This document shows, one piece after another, positions 8,451-18,486 of a DNA stretch of 64,000 nt. This DNA is from an uncultured virus (IMG/VR IMGVR_UViG_3300045284_000273) (Duplodnaviria > Heunggongvirae > Uroviricota > Caudoviricetes): IMG/VR virus record IMGVR_UViG_3300045284_000273, one strand, 5' to 3'. The notes beneath the pieces are model-generated. The model was not told the DNA's origin and made no database searches. It saw nothing but the letters and a program-made list of their open reading frames with translations. Each line of letters opens with the position of its first letter. Position 1 is the stretch's first letter. The translations under genes and the position numbers were made by a program.

Positions 8451-8873
8451 ATGGAAACCCAAGAGACGCAGGACAAGGGATTCACCCTCGTTGAACTGCT
8501 CATCGTCATTGTCATCCTCGGAATCCTGGCCACCGTCACGGTGTTCGCGGTGACCGGCATCACCAACAAGGGCAAGCAGTCGGCTTGCAACTCCGATGCG
8601 AAGACTATCCAGACCGCCGAAGAGGCCTACAGCGCCAACCACGGCGTGTACACCAACAACCTGCAGACGCTGGTTGACGATGGCCTGATGCATTCGGCGT
8701 CCACCAAGTTCACGGTCAACACGTACGCCTCTGGCGCTGCGATCCCGGCCGACCTCGGTGCTGACGGCGTTGCCGGTGGCGGCGACGATCACGCTGCCAG
8801 CGTGGCCACCGTTGACACCTACCGTGTCGTCGGTGTCGCTGCCCCCGCTGATTGCGCAGGCATGACCTTCTGA
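8451..8873 (+). CDS. Type IV pilin / pseudopilin-like protein
   Basis: GGAGA RBS then METQETQDKG|FTLVELLIVIVILGILATVTVFAV: class III signal peptide with G|F cleavage site and E5. Confidence 0.9.
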   Translation: METQETQDKGFTLVELLIVIVILGILATVTVFAVTGITNKGKQSACNSDAKTIQTAEEAYSANHGVYTNNLQTLVDDGLMHSASTKFTVNTYASGAAIPADLGADGVAGGGDDHAASVATVDTYRVVGVAAPADCAGMTF

Positions 8874-9140
8874 TCTTCGGATCAGACACAAGTTTCCGTC
8901 GAACGTCAATCCACGGAAATCCGTCAGTTCTTTCCTCGAACTGACAGCGAGCGAGTCGGCCTTCGGGCCGACTCTTTCGCGTTCATGTGACCCGGCCAGG
9001 CACCCCTGCATCCACACTGGAGACTTCGTGTTACAGACGAATCTGCCACGCACGCGGGGCTAGTGGACCTACCCTGCTCCCGGCCGGGTCACAGTGGGGA
9101 TTATTACACCATCGTGATGCAGTCCGCTAGCCTGTGGGGA

Positions 9141-9611
9141 ATGGCGACACGAAAGCGCACCGTCCAGCGCCGCTCGTCCATCGACCTGATGACCGCGGTA
9201 AAGGACTACCTACTCAACCGGAGCATGCGGGAACGCTCGGCTCATTTCGAGGACACGCTCAAGAAGCAACTGATGGATGAACTTGAGGCTCGGGGCGAGT
9301 TGGAGGGAGCGTCACAGAAGCTCAGGCTCGACACGCCGCTGGAGTTCACCACCTACAAGTCGGGAAAGCCGTCTATCAAGAGCATCGTCGGTATCGAACG
9401 ACGCAAGCGCACCAGTAACACACTCGACCAGGAGAAAGCCCTGGCGTTGATCAAGAAGAAGGGACTCACCGATGAGTGCACAGAGACGATCGTCGTCCTC
9501 AACGAAGATGCCGTCCTCGCCGCCAACTTCCGTGGAGACATCACCGACAAAGAACTCGCAGCCCTCTACAGCGAGAGTACGTCGTACGCCTTCTGGCTCA
9601 CCGAAGCCTGA
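9141..9611 (+). CDS. Hypothetical phage protein
   Basis: ORF with phage-like codon usage, ATG after GGGGA. Confidence 0.6.
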   Translation: MATRKRTVQRRSSIDLMTAVKDYLLNRSMRERSAHFEDTLKKQLMDELEARGELEGASQKLRLDTPLEFTTYKSGKPSIKSIVGIERRKRTSNTLDQEKALALIKKKGLTDECTETIVVLNEDAVLAANFRGDITDKELAALYSESTSYAFWLTEA

Positions 9612-9615
9612 GCCA

Positions 9616-9801
9616 GTGCCGCACCAGCGGCCCTACGTTCCCGAAGAGGAAGAGCGCGTGCAGTTGCAGTTCCGGCTGTCGGCATCGCTGCGTGAGCGTC
9701 TGCGCAAGGAAGCACAGCGCCGCAACGTCTCGGCCAACCTGCTCATCGAGCGCGCCCTGGAAGAGGGCCTGACCAAGTGGGAGAAAGAGAAGAAGCCATG
9801 A
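9616..9801 (+). CDS. Ribbon-helix-helix (Arc-like) regulator
   Basis: VQLQFRLSASLRERLRKEAQRRNVSANLLIERALEEGL. Confidence 0.75.
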   Translation: MPHQRPYVPEEEERVQLQFRLSASLRERLRKEAQRRNVSANLLIERALEEGLTKWEKEKKP

Positions 9802-10070
9802 AGACGGTGTGGAAGTTCCCTCTCGACAGTGATCGCTCCATCATCAAGGCACCAGGCCTCGGCTCGACGTTGCTGGTGGATACACAGGGCATCTACTGGT
9901 GCGCGTGGTGCGAGGTGGACACCGACAAGCGGGATTACGCGCGTGAGTTCTTGATCATCGGTACCGGGCATCCGATGCCCGACGACAGCGAGGGTTTCAT
10001 CCACTCCAACTCATGGCAGCAAGGCCCGTTCGTGTGGCACGCCTATGAGCGTCCAGCACCTGTTGACTAG
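9798..10070 (+). CDS. Conserved small phage protein
   Basis: MKTVWKFPL...IIGTGHPMP...FVWHAYE pattern; ATGA coupling. Confidence 0.6.
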   Translation: MKTVWKFPLDSDRSIIKAPGLGSTLLVDTQGIYWCAWCEVDTDKRDYAREFLIIGTGHPMPDDSEGFIHSNSWQQGPFVWHAYERPAPVD

Positions 10071-10092
10071 TAACTAGTGCTACACTTCCTGC

Positions 10093-10575
10093 ATGCCGAA
10101 GGCACCGCAGCGAACTGAGGGCGGATACTCCTATCCAGAGAACACTGAGCAAGCGCGTGGCACTGCCCACGAGGGTGTTCACAGGCTCTACGGACAGGGC
10201 GTCGAGGCAGCGTTCCATGGCGCACCGAAGATCACCACTCCGTGGCCGTCAGCAGGCCGCACGAAGACCGATCCCGGCTACGACCTACAACGTGTACAAG
10301 CCGCGCTGAAAGACCCCTCAGCGCACATGATGGAGATGGACCCGAGGCATCTCCACGCCAACCAGCCGGGAGTCACCCGTGCTGGCGTGGACTACTACTC
10401 GGGATCGGAATACCGGGAGACAGGTCGCACGTTCGCTGATCAACACCAAGCGGGCAACCAATATCCCATCGTGTATCAACGTGGTGGCAGGAACAGGATT
10501 CTGTCCGGTCATCACAGGGCTACTGCGGCGCTGCTCCGAGGGGAGCAGTTCCATGGACTATTCATTCAGGAGTAA
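10093..10575 (+). CDS. ParB/Srx-like N-terminal domain protein
   Basis: LHANQ...YPIVYQRGGRNRILSGHHRATAA. Confidence 0.65.
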   Translation: MPKAPQRTEGGYSYPENTEQARGTAHEGVHRLYGQGVEAAFHGAPKITTPWPSAGRTKTDPGYDLQRVQAALKDPSAHMMEMDPRHLHANQPGVTRAGVDYYSGSEYRETGRTFADQHQAGNQYPIVYQRGGRNRILSGHHRATAALLRGEQFHGLFIQE

Positions 10576-10581
10576 CACAAC

Positions 10582-10788
10582 GTGAAGACTTGGATCACAC
10601 CGTCACTGGTACTAGTGACACCGGAGAGGGCCGTCAGCGAAGCGTTTGACGAGATCAAGTCTGGCGGCATCGGTCACGTCACCGATCTCGATCAGGCCCG
10701 CGCAGTCATGACGGCACTCGGCATGTCCGAAGAGGATCAGGAACAGCGCATCCACTTTGCCTTCACAGGGGAAGTGGTCGGTGGCTGA
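10582..10788 (+). CDS. Hypothetical protein
   Basis: AGGAG RBS, in operon. Confidence 0.5.
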   Translation: MKTWITPSLVLVTPERAVSEAFDEIKSGGIGHVTDLDQARAVMTALGMSEEDQEQRIHFAFTGEVVGG

Positions 10789-11095
10789 GGGCCTGCGCCT
10801 GGCCTACGTCGATGCCAACCAGCAACAGTTCATCCGCTGCAGGACACTGGGGCACGCTTGGATCGACTACGACAGCAACTGGAAGTCCGAGTTCGGGCAC
10901 CCACTGACGTTGCGCTGTGAGCGCTGTGGGATGGAGCGACGCGACACGGTGGCCTTCGTCACCGGAGAGTTGGTCACACGCCACTACACCCGGCCAGAGG
11001 GCTACGCATTCAAAGACAAGAGCGCGCCGACTCGATCCGAGTTCCGCGCGCTGCTGCTCCAGCTTCGCAACAGAGAGAGAAGGAATGGCGGATGA
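10781..11095 (+). CDS. Zinc-ribbon hypothetical protein
   Basis: CRTLGHAW...CERCG. Confidence 0.55.
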   Translation: MAEGLRLAYVDANQQQFIRCRTLGHAWIDYDSNWKSEFGHPLTLRCERCGMERRDTVAFVTGELVTRHYTRPEGYAFKDKSAPTRSEFRALLLQLRNRERRNGG

Positions 11096-11742
11096 CTGCA
11101 CAACTGTCACCAGAGAACCAGATGGTGCTCGATGAACTGGAGCGCGCGGAAGGCTCGATACCCCGGTATGACGAGAAGATGCCTCTGCCCCCACCGGCGG
11201 CCCCCGAGGCCCGAGTGCCTCGACTGTTCCCCTGCAAGTACGGCTGCACTGATGTTGGGCCGTTCACCAACCCCGGCCAACTCGGTCAGCACTACGCGGA
11301 GAACCATCCCGAGCACAAGAAGGCCAACGCCAATGCCGAGAAGGTCACTTGCACTTGTGGGCGCACTGTGACACGATCCTCGTGGCGGTATCACATGGAA
11401 CACATGCACCCCGACGTGCCTCGCTCGGAGTGGAAGAGCTACGAGGCAACGAACATGCAGGGGGAGAAGACAGAAGAAGGGCGAGTGCCGTGTCCGCGTT
11501 GTGACAAGACGCTCAAGGACAACGACTCGCTCGGCAAGCACCTGAACCGTGTCCACCACGTCAGCCGCAAGGACCTGGCCGTGATCGACAAGCCGGAGCC
11601 TGCCGACGATGACCAGCCGGTGACCATGGATGACATCGTGGTCGGCCTGGTCGAATTGCGCTGGCCGCATCACGTCCCCACACCCAAGATCAGAGAGATG
11701 TTTGCCTGGCGGGAGCATACGGAAAGGTTCCTGAATGGCTAG
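11092..11742 (+). CDS. Multi C2H2-type zinc-finger protein
   Basis: CKYGC..HYAENH; CTCG..HMEHMH; CPRCDKTL..LGKHLNRVH. Confidence 0.65.
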   Translation: MTAQLSPENQMVLDELERAEGSIPRYDEKMPLPPPAAPEARVPRLFPCKYGCTDVGPFTNPGQLGQHYAENHPEHKKANANAEKVTCTCGRTVTRSSWRYHMEHMHPDVPRSEWKSYEATNMQGEKTEEGRVPCPRCDKTLKDNDSLGKHLNRVHHVSRKDLAVIDKPEPADDDQPVTMDDIVVGLVELRWPHHVPTPKIREMFAWREHTERFLNG

Positions 11743-12166
11743 TCTCCCCGAGCAATTCGAGGGCTTGGACTATCCCGGTCGGCGTAAACCGATCAACCGC
11801 GGCAGGGCCGCACCATCACCTGAACGCCCACCGTGGGACGAGCGGCCGTTGTATTACCTGGTCGAAGGCGAGAAGCGTGAGTTCTTCGTCATCGGCCACC
11901 TGGCCAAGGCTCTCGGCTACTCGGTGCAGAGCATCCGACTGTGGGAGGACAAGGGCCTGCTCCCACGTTCCCCCTACCGATCACCGCGCACGCGCAAGCC
12001 CGTAGCTGGGGGTAGGAGCAATAAGGGCAAGAGACTCTGGACTCGCGAGCAGATCGAGGGTATCTTGCGGATTGCGAAGGCCCATAAGGTGATACTCAAC
12101 AAGAAGCCACCCACGCCAGCCTTCTCACAGGAGGTCCTGGCGTTCTTCCAGTCCCTCCTGAGGTAG
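11735..12166 (+). CDS. MerR-type HTH DNA-binding protein
   Basis: IGHLAKALGYSVQSIRLWEDKGLLP...RLWTREQI. Confidence 0.75.
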   Translation: MASLPEQFEGLDYPGRRKPINRGRAAPSPERPPWDERPLYYLVEGEKREFFVIGHLAKALGYSVQSIRLWEDKGLLPRSPYRSPRTRKPVAGGRSNKGKRLWTREQIEGILRIAKAHKVILNKKPPTPAFSQEVLAFFQSLLR

Positions 12167-12201
12167 CTACACGATTCACACTTCACACTGGGAGAAACAC
12201 G

Positions 12202-12915
12202 ATGCCTGCTCCGTCCAAGCGCACTGTGCGCCGTCAAACCGCCTCACCCAAGCCGTCCGAAGACGACGAGGAAGAGGCCCCAACCCGCTCTCGTAGAGCC
12301 TCTGCTCCGAAAGCATCCGAAGCCCTCCGCGGCGGATGGTCTGCTGCTCAGGACGTGATGGATTCCACGTCCACGTTCGCTCAGACACTCAAGCCGGAAG
12401 AGAAGGCCGTCGTCATCAAGTTCTTGGAGGACGACCCGTACGTCAACTACCGACGCCACTGGATCGAGCGCTCTGGCCCGACCGGCAAGATCGTGCGCTC
12501 GTACTCTTGCCTCAAGTCGTTCGGCAAGGAGTGCCCGCTGTGCGAGGCGGGGGATCGTGCCCAGGCCGTGGCTGCCTTCAACGTCGCTCTGATCGGTGAC
12601 GATGGCCACGCGTCGATCAAGTCGTGGGATTGCGGCCCCAAGATTTACAACATCTTGAAGACCTACGCCAACGACCCCAAGATCGCCCCGCTGACCCGTG
12701 GGTTCTTTCTCGTCAGCCGCTCCGGCAAGAAGGGCAGCGTCAACCACAACATCACTCCGGTCAAGGCCAGCGCCTTGGAAGAGGACTATGACATTCCGGT
12801 CCCCGACAAGGAAGAGTTGGACAAGCTGGAGCGGTACACGGCCGACGTGGTGGAGGTTCCGACGCGAAAGTCCCTCGATGAGATTGCGTTGGAGATCGCA
12901 GACGAGTACGCATAG
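12202..12915 (+). CDS. gp32-like single-stranded DNA-binding protein
   Basis: IKFL..., HW...YSCLKSFGKECPLCE zinc site, acidic C-terminus, directly upstream of the polymerase. Confidence 0.65.
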   Translation: MPAPSKRTVRRQTASPKPSEDDEEEAPTRSRRASAPKASEALRGGWSAAQDVMDSTSTFAQTLKPEEKAVVIKFLEDDPYVNYRRHWIERSGPTGKIVRSYSCLKSFGKECPLCEAGDRAQAVAAFNVALIGDDGHASIKSWDCGPKIYNILKTYANDPKIAPLTRGFFLVSRSGKKGSVNHNITPVKASALEEDYDIPVPDKEELDKLERYTADVVEVPTRKSLDEIALEIADEYA

Positions 12916-12918
12916 GCC

Positions 12919-14958
12919 ATGCGTGCGCCTCGACTCCTGCTGACCGCCCAGCAGGTTGAGGCCGCAGTGGCCCACCTGTCTCAGTTCGATCGCTTCGTCA
13001 TCGACATTGAGACAACGAGTGTCGATCCACGCACCAACTCGTTGCTGTGGGTCGGCCTCGGTGGGCCGAACTGCGTCTACCTGATCCCCTGCGGTCACCC
13101 CAAGGGCAACGTGCTCGTCCCCGAGCACAAAGAGAAGACCGCCGCCTTCATCCACTACGGACCCGACGACAAGCGTTCGTACACCGGCACCGGCAAGGCG
13201 TCGATGCGGATGATCGAGCACACTGTCCCGGCTATCTACGCAGCGCCTCCCGAGCAGTTGTATCCACACCAGGTCTGTGAACTGATCAGGCCACTGCTGT
13301 TCAGCGACCGCTTCAAGCTCGGTCACAATGTCAAGTTCGATCTGCAGTCGCTGGCCAAGTACTACGACGGTGTGATACCACCGCCACCGTACGACGACAC
13401 GATCATCGTGCGCCATGTCCTGTCCGAGGAACTGCAGGAGTACGGCCTCAAGTGGCTGACTTGCGAGTGGTTCGGCGTCCCCAAGGCCCAGCGCAACGAG
13501 TTCTACCCGGCCCTCGGCAAACACGGCATAGAGCAGTATGGATTGGATGAAGTCGCTCGATACCTGGCTAAGGACGTGCGTTACTGCTGGCTGATGTTCA
13601 ACCGCTTCTTCCCACTGTTGGAGTCGCGAGACCTGCTCGGCGTGTACGCCTTTGAGATGAGCGTCTACCCGGTGATCATGCGCATGGAACAGCGCGGCTT
13701 CCGAGTGGACCTGTCGAAGATGGACACCGTGCGCAAGGACTTGGAGCGCCGCATCCACGAGGTCGAGCAGCAGTGCTACATCATGGCCGGAGACGAGTTC
13801 TCACTGTCCAACACCGATGCCAAGCGCTGGGTGCTGTTCGGAGAGGACATACCCGAGTTCGGCAAGTCGAAGCGCAAGCTGCACTCGCAGAACCTCCGAG
13901 TGCTCCGGCGCACCCCGAAGGAGCAGAAGCCAGCGGTGACCGCCGACGTGTTGGAATGGTATGCCGACCGGGGCAACAAGATGGCCGAGTTCCTAGGAGA
14001 GTGGGCGGAACTGGAGAAGGTGCGGGGAACCTTCATCGAGGGTCTGAGCAGCTTCCTGCGGCCCCACAAGGACGACCTGCCGACGATCCACACCAGCTAC
14101 AAGCAGCACGGCACGGTGACCGGCCGACTGTCCTCGGCAACGCCCAACCTGCAGCAGCTTCCCCGCGGCTCGACCATTCGCGACCTGTTCGTGGCCGGAG
14201 CCGGGAACCTGCTGATCGTGGCCGACTACGACCAGATCGAGTTGCGCTGCGCTGGCTATCTCAGCCAGGACCCAGAGATGATCGCCGTCTTCAAGCGCGG
14301 CGAGGACATTCACCGCAGTGCCGCCGCGGCCATGTTCCGGCTCAACCCTGCCGACGTGACTTCCGAGCTTCGCCAGGTCGGCAAGACCCAGAACTTCGCC
14401 GTGCTCTACGGCGCTGGCCCCGACAAGATCGCCGCCGTGGCCGGGTGCTCCAAGACCAGGGCCGAGGAACTGATCAAGGGCTACTTCCAGACCTTCCCGG
14501 CGCTGGAAGAGTGGAAGTACAAGGAACTGCAACGTGCCCGTAAACGTGGCGACCGGGCCAACCCGCTCCACGATCCACCGCGTGTCGTGATACCCCCGAA
14601 CGGGCGACTCCGCAGGTTACCGGACCTGTTTGAGTTGCAGGAGGATTGGATACGGTACCGCGCCGAGCGTCAGGCGATTAACGCCATTGTCCAGGGGTTC
14701 GCTGCCAACATCACCAAGCTGGCGATGCTCGCCTTGGAGGATTCACTTCCTGACGATTCGGCAATGCTCGCTCAGGTGCACGATGAGATTGTTGTCTTGG
14801 CTCCCGAGGGTAGGACAGCGGTTGTGCTTCCCATTGTGGTCAGGACTATGGGCGATATCGTTCATCCCGAGACAGGAGAGCCGATCCTTGGAGAGATACC
14901 ACTGGTGGCTTCGGCGGCGACGGGAACTAGCTGGGCAGCAGCAAAGGCAGCGGCATGA
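12919..14958 (+). CDS. polA: DNA polymerase, family A (3'-5' exonuclease + polymerase)
   Basis: DIET, HNVKFD, YLAKD exonuclease motifs; TGRLSS, ADYDQIELR, KTQNFAVLYG, QVHDE. Confidence 0.95.
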   Translation: MRAPRLLLTAQQVEAAVAHLSQFDRFVIDIETTSVDPRTNSLLWVGLGGPNCVYLIPCGHPKGNVLVPEHKEKTAAFIHYGPDDKRSYTGTGKASMRMIEHTVPAIYAAPPEQLYPHQVCELIRPLLFSDRFKLGHNVKFDLQSLAKYYDGVIPPPPYDDTIIVRHVLSEELQEYGLKWLTCEWFGVPKAQRNEFYPALGKHGIEQYGLDEVARYLAKDVRYCWLMFNRFFPLLESRDLLGVYAFEMSVYPVIMRMEQRGFRVDLSKMDTVRKDLERRIHEVEQQCYIMAGDEFSLSNTDAKRWVLFGEDIPEFGKSKRKLHSQNLRVLRRTPKEQKPAVTADVLEWYADRGNKMAEFLGEWAELEKVRGTFIEGLSSFLRPHKDDLPTIHTSYKQHGTVTGRLSSATPNLQQLPRGSTIRDLFVAGAGNLLIVADYDQIELRCAGYLSQDPEMIAVFKRGEDIHRSAAAAMFRLNPADVTSELRQVGKTQNFAVLYGAGPDKIAAVAGCSKTRAEELIKGYFQTFPALEEWKYKELQRARKRGDRANPLHDPPRVVIPPNGRLRRLPDLFELQEDWIRYRAERQAINAIVQGFAANITKLAMLALEDSLPDDSAMLAQVHDEIVVLAPEGRTAVVLPIVVRTMGDIVHPETGEPILGEIPLVASAATGTSWAAAKAAA

Positions 14959-15170
14959 ATTGGCAGATGGCTGTGAGGCTGGTGTGTTACCGTGTCTGCC
15001 GGTGGACACTTTACTTCGTGACGACCTCGACACCCGTATCCTCGACATCGCTGATGAGCTTGCCGAGCAGTTCGTCGCGGACATGCACACCGCGGAGAGC
15101 GAGGGCGACCTTGTGCTCGCACTTGCGGGTCTCCAGCTTCACTTTCTGTCGCGGACGGCGAGGCTGTTGA

Positions 15171-15569
15171 GTGGCTGACTCGGACTGGTACCGCAACAAG
15201 CTCGCCTCGCTGCGGGGGAACGCACCCAATCCCCCGCAGCGAGCGCCGTACCAGCCGCAGCAGTTCATCGGGCAGAACCGCGGGCAGCCGAACCAGATGC
15301 AGCCGATCCCGCAGCACTACCAGCCGCCGCAACCACAGGAGCCGGTGACGATCCAGAACCTGTGGGGGGCGATGAGCTTCTGGCGTGGCGGCAAGGCCCA
15401 TCAGATCGACCGTGAGCCGTGCCCCGAGTGCGGCAGCAACCAGTATTACTCGCGTGCCGGTGGTGCCCGTCGTGGACCGCCTCCGGCACCACACTGTTAC
15501 AACTGCGGCTTCAACGGCGGGCTGTTTGAGCAGGGCGATCCGACGACCTGGGGCGCTACCACCAACTGA
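15171..15569 (+). CDS. Gln/Pro-rich zinc-ribbon protein
   Basis: CPECGSNQY...CYNCG. Confidence 0.6.
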   Translation: MADSDWYRNKLASLRGNAPNPPQRAPYQPQQFIGQNRGQPNQMQPIPQHYQPPQPQEPVTIQNLWGAMSFWRGGKAHQIDREPCPECGSNQYYSRAGGARRGPPPAPHCYNCGFNGGLFEQGDPTTWGATTN

Positions 15570-15618
15570 CCCCGGTATCAGGGGAACGTTCATCATTCCA
15601 TCAAAGGTTTGATACCTT

Positions 15619-16686
15619 ATGCCGGTGCCAGAGACGATCGAAGAGATCATTGCGTCAACCAACAAGAAGGCCAAGCGACAGGTTCTGTTCCACGGCAGCG
15701 AGTTGAAGCGGTTGACCTACGCGCGGTGCACCACCGGCTGCCTGAGCTTCGATCTGATGCTCGGTGGGGGCTGGCCGATGAACGGCATCAATGAGATAGT
15801 CGGGTATGAGTCGATGGGCAAGACGACCATCTCGATGAAGACCGTCGCCGCACAGCAGGCGCTGAATCCCGACCATCACACGGTGTGGGTCGCCGCTGAG
15901 GATTTCGACTTCGCCTACGCGATGCAGCTTGGCGTCGATGCCGATCGGATGACCTTCGTGGCCACCAACGTCATGGAAGAGGCCTACGAGTCCTGTGATC
16001 GAGTGCTCAAGGCCCGAGCCTGTGACGCCGTGATCATCGACTCCCTCCCGGCGCTGATGCCCTCGGAAGAAGACGACAAGACGATGATGGAATCGACGGT
16101 CGGCCGCAGCGCTCTGTTGACCAACAAGTTCATGCGCAAGGTGCTGTACTCATCCGGCCGGTCGATGGTCGAGCACGATCGCAGTGTGCTGGTGCTGCTG
16201 ATCAACCAGTGGCGTGAGCGTGTCGGCGTGATGTACGGCGACCCGCGGACGACACCGGGAGGCCGGGGCAAGAACTACACCTTCCTGACCCGAGTCGATG
16301 TGACCCGAGACGAGTGGCTGAAAGAGGGTGACCGTCTCGTCGGCCAGACGATCAAAGCGCAGACGATCAAGAACAAGACCCACCCGCCGCGGCGCATCGG
16401 CACAGTGGACTACTACTTCGACCACTCCGACCCCTTCCAGCCTGGCGAGTACGACCTGACCCGCGACGTGTGGGACGTGGCCATCGAGACGGGTGTGATC
16501 GAGCGCAAGGGAGCCTGGTATCACTTCAAGAGCAAGCGTTGGAACGGCAAGGAGGCGGTGTGGAAGGACATGAAGGCCGACCCCAAGCTCGTCGCCGCTC
16601 TCGATACCGAGGTAAGGAGAGAAGTTCTCGGCATCGAGCCTCCTCCGGCGGCCTCTTCTCGTAAACGCACGGTGAACAGGAAGTGA
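15619..16686 (+). CDS. recA: RecA-like recombinase
   Basis: TGCLSFDLMLGGG, EIVGYESMGKTT, IIDSL, INQWRERVGVMYGDPRTTPGG. Confidence 0.92.
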   Translation: MPVPETIEEIIASTNKKAKRQVLFHGSELKRLTYARCTTGCLSFDLMLGGGWPMNGINEIVGYESMGKTTISMKTVAAQQALNPDHHTVWVAAEDFDFAYAMQLGVDADRMTFVATNVMEEAYESCDRVLKARACDAVIIDSLPALMPSEEDDKTMMESTVGRSALLTNKFMRKVLYSSGRSMVEHDRSVLVLLINQWRERVGVMYGDPRTTPGGRGKNYTFLTRVDVTRDEWLKEGDRLVGQTIKAQTIKNKTHPPRRIGTVDYYFDHSDPFQPGEYDLTRDVWDVAIETGVIERKGAWYHFKSKRWNGKEAVWKDMKADPKLVAALDTEVRREVLGIEPPPAASSRKRTVNRK

Positions 16687-16988
16687 AGGCATGGCAACAG
16701 CAGGAGCGCCGAGTGGTCAAGCGTCGTGGTGGGCGGCAACAGCCCGGATCGGGTTCTGGCTGGCGGCACCAGAACGACGTGCGCGAGAGCAAGGTGCTGT
16801 GGGAGATGAAGAAGACGGCCAACAAGACGATCAGCGTCACGCTGTCCGACTGGGACAAGGTACGCAGCAACGCCATCCTCTCGGGTCGTATGCCTGCGAT
16901 GCATTTGGAGCTTGGTACCGGCTCCAGCCTCCGTCGTCTGGTCGTGATCAGCGAGGATGATTTCGATGAACTGCTGCCGCCCCGATGA
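16683..16988 (+). CDS. PD-(D/E)xK Holliday junction resolvase-like protein
   Basis: QERRV...PGSGS...DV...WEMKKT. Confidence 0.65.
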   Translation: MKAWQQQERRVVKRRGGRQQPGSGSGWRHQNDVRESKVLWEMKKTANKTISVTLSDWDKVRSNAILSGRMPAMHLELGTGSSLRRLVVISEDDFDELLPPR

Positions 16989-17087
16989 GCACCTGTTGGT
17001 GATGGTTTGGCGTCGGAAGCGGTGGCGTCCGTGGCGTTTGGTGTACAGCATGCGCTGTTGGTTCTGCGACCTGGAGGTACATGAGCC

Positions 17088-18092
17088 GTGACGCGCACAC
17101 TCAAGACCACTGCTCAGCAGCGCTACAAGGACACCTTCAAGGACGACGGCGTTGTGTTACCAGCGATGGAGCGCCACGTCATGCGTCAGCTTGCCACCAA
17201 GGCTCCCGACCTGACCCAGGACTACATGCACCCGAGCGAGATGTCCAAGCCCAACTGGTGCGGACGCCACGACTACTACCGGATCAGCGGCCTGCCGCCC
17301 GAGGGAGAGGGTCTGGCCAACCCGAGCTTCAGGATGAGCAACGCCTTCAGCGAGGGCCACACGATCCACGAGAAGTACCAGCGTTGGTTGTGGGAGATGG
17401 GTGTGCTGTGGGGGATGTGGGAGTGCAGGGAGTGCGGTCACATCTTCGGAGCACTGTCGCCTACCGAGTGCCAGTTCTGCCGCAGCGAGCGGCTGACGTA
17501 TCGCGAGGTGGCGCTGCGCCGAGAGCGCATCAAGGTCGAGGGCCACAGTGATGGAGCGGTGCACAAGCTCGATGACTGGTCCGGCCTCATCGAGGTCAAG
17601 TCGATCGGCATCCAGACCATCCGTTTCGAGGCCCCGAGGCTCTACAACCGCTACATGGATGGCAACGAGACGCTGGAGTCGCTGTGGTGGAAGATCAACC
17701 GGCCCTTCGCATCGCATCTCAAGCAGGGCCAGTTGTACCTGTGGCTGGCGTGGCCGCGCTACGAGCAAATCTGCTTCATCTACGAGTCGAAGTTCAATCA
17801 GGCGACCAAGGAGTTCGTCGTCACCTACAACAAGGACATGATCGCCTCCATCTTGGAGACGGCCAAGGAAGTATCACAATGCCTGCGGGTGGGAATGACT
17901 CCCGATAGGCCGATATGGGCAGAAGACTCGACGGGTAGGGTGTGCCGCTCGTGTGAGTACCGGAGAACATGCTGGGATTTGGGAGAACTGGATGAGCCAA
18001 CGAAGACGAACGATTCCCCGGTCAGAGTCCGGCGAGCGAACTCCGCCCGCCGCAAGCGGACTCTTCAGGCAGCCGCCGTTCGACCTGCCTGA
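17088..18092 (+). CDS. Cas4-like PD-(D/E)xK exonuclease
   Basis: HPS...C, GHTIHE, GHSDG, IEVKS, QGQLY, CRSCEYRRTC iron-sulfur-type cysteines. Confidence 0.8.
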   Translation: MTRTLKTTAQQRYKDTFKDDGVVLPAMERHVMRQLATKAPDLTQDYMHPSEMSKPNWCGRHDYYRISGLPPEGEGLANPSFRMSNAFSEGHTIHEKYQRWLWEMGVLWGMWECRECGHIFGALSPTECQFCRSERLTYREVALRRERIKVEGHSDGAVHKLDDWSGLIEVKSIGIQTIRFEAPRLYNRYMDGNETLESLWWKINRPFASHLKQGQLYLWLAWPRYEQICFIYESKFNQATKEFVVTYNKDMIASILETAKEVSQCLRVGMTPDRPIWAEDSTGRVCRSCEYRRTCWDLGELDEPTKTNDSPVRVRRANSARRKRTLQAAAVRPA

Positions 18093-18486
18093 CCTACCCC
18101 AGGACCTGACGATGATGAGCGACAGCAAGTTGATGCAGTTGTTCTCGGAGTACACGGCATGGCAGAACTTCGCTGCCACCCAACAGGCCGAGGCCGAGGT
18201 CGAAGAGGCCCAGGCCGACGCCAAGGTGCGCTACGTTGAGGCCCAGGCGATGGTGTCACAATGGGGCGGCGTCAAGGACAAGGTGACGGTGGCCAAGGCC
18301 GAACTGACGCTCAACGATGAGGTCGAGAAGACCCGCCAAGCGGCGCTTGTCGCCTACGCCAAGCGCAAGATGACCCAGGTGATGCACACCAACTGCGAAC
18401 GCGCCGTGTTCGTGGTCAGCAGAGAACTGTCCCGGCGCATCGGCAACGCCGGGAATGAGAGAAGGAGCAATCGGTGGACCCCGTGA
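17992..18486 (+). CDS. Coiled-coil hypothetical protein (possibly a UvsY-like recombination mediator)
   Basis: Helical Ala/Glu/Lys-rich ORF within the recombination module; function inferred from context only. Confidence 0.45.
   Translation: MSQRRRTIPRSESGERTPPAASGLFRQPPFDLPDLPQDLTMMSDSKLMQLFSEYTAWQNFAATQQAEAEVEEAQADAKVRYVEAQAMVSQWGGVKDKVTVAKAELTLNDEVEKTRQAALVAYAKRKMTQVMHTNCERAVFVVSRELSRRIGNAGNERRSNRWTP

Noticed and set aside
12244..13758. Long antisense ORFs (also 58612-60612, 57384-58553, 24828-26036)
   Set aside because: Shadows of high-GC sense genes that have clear family motifs
12919..16686. Inteins or introns in PolA, RecA or DnaB
   Set aside because: Protein lengths and motif spacing are normal, with no intein terminal motifs or interrupted frames
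17088..18092. Cas4-like gene as part of a CRISPR or RAMP system
   Set aside because: Lies in the RecA/resolvase module 11 kb away; solo Cas4-like exonucleases are common in phage recombination modules
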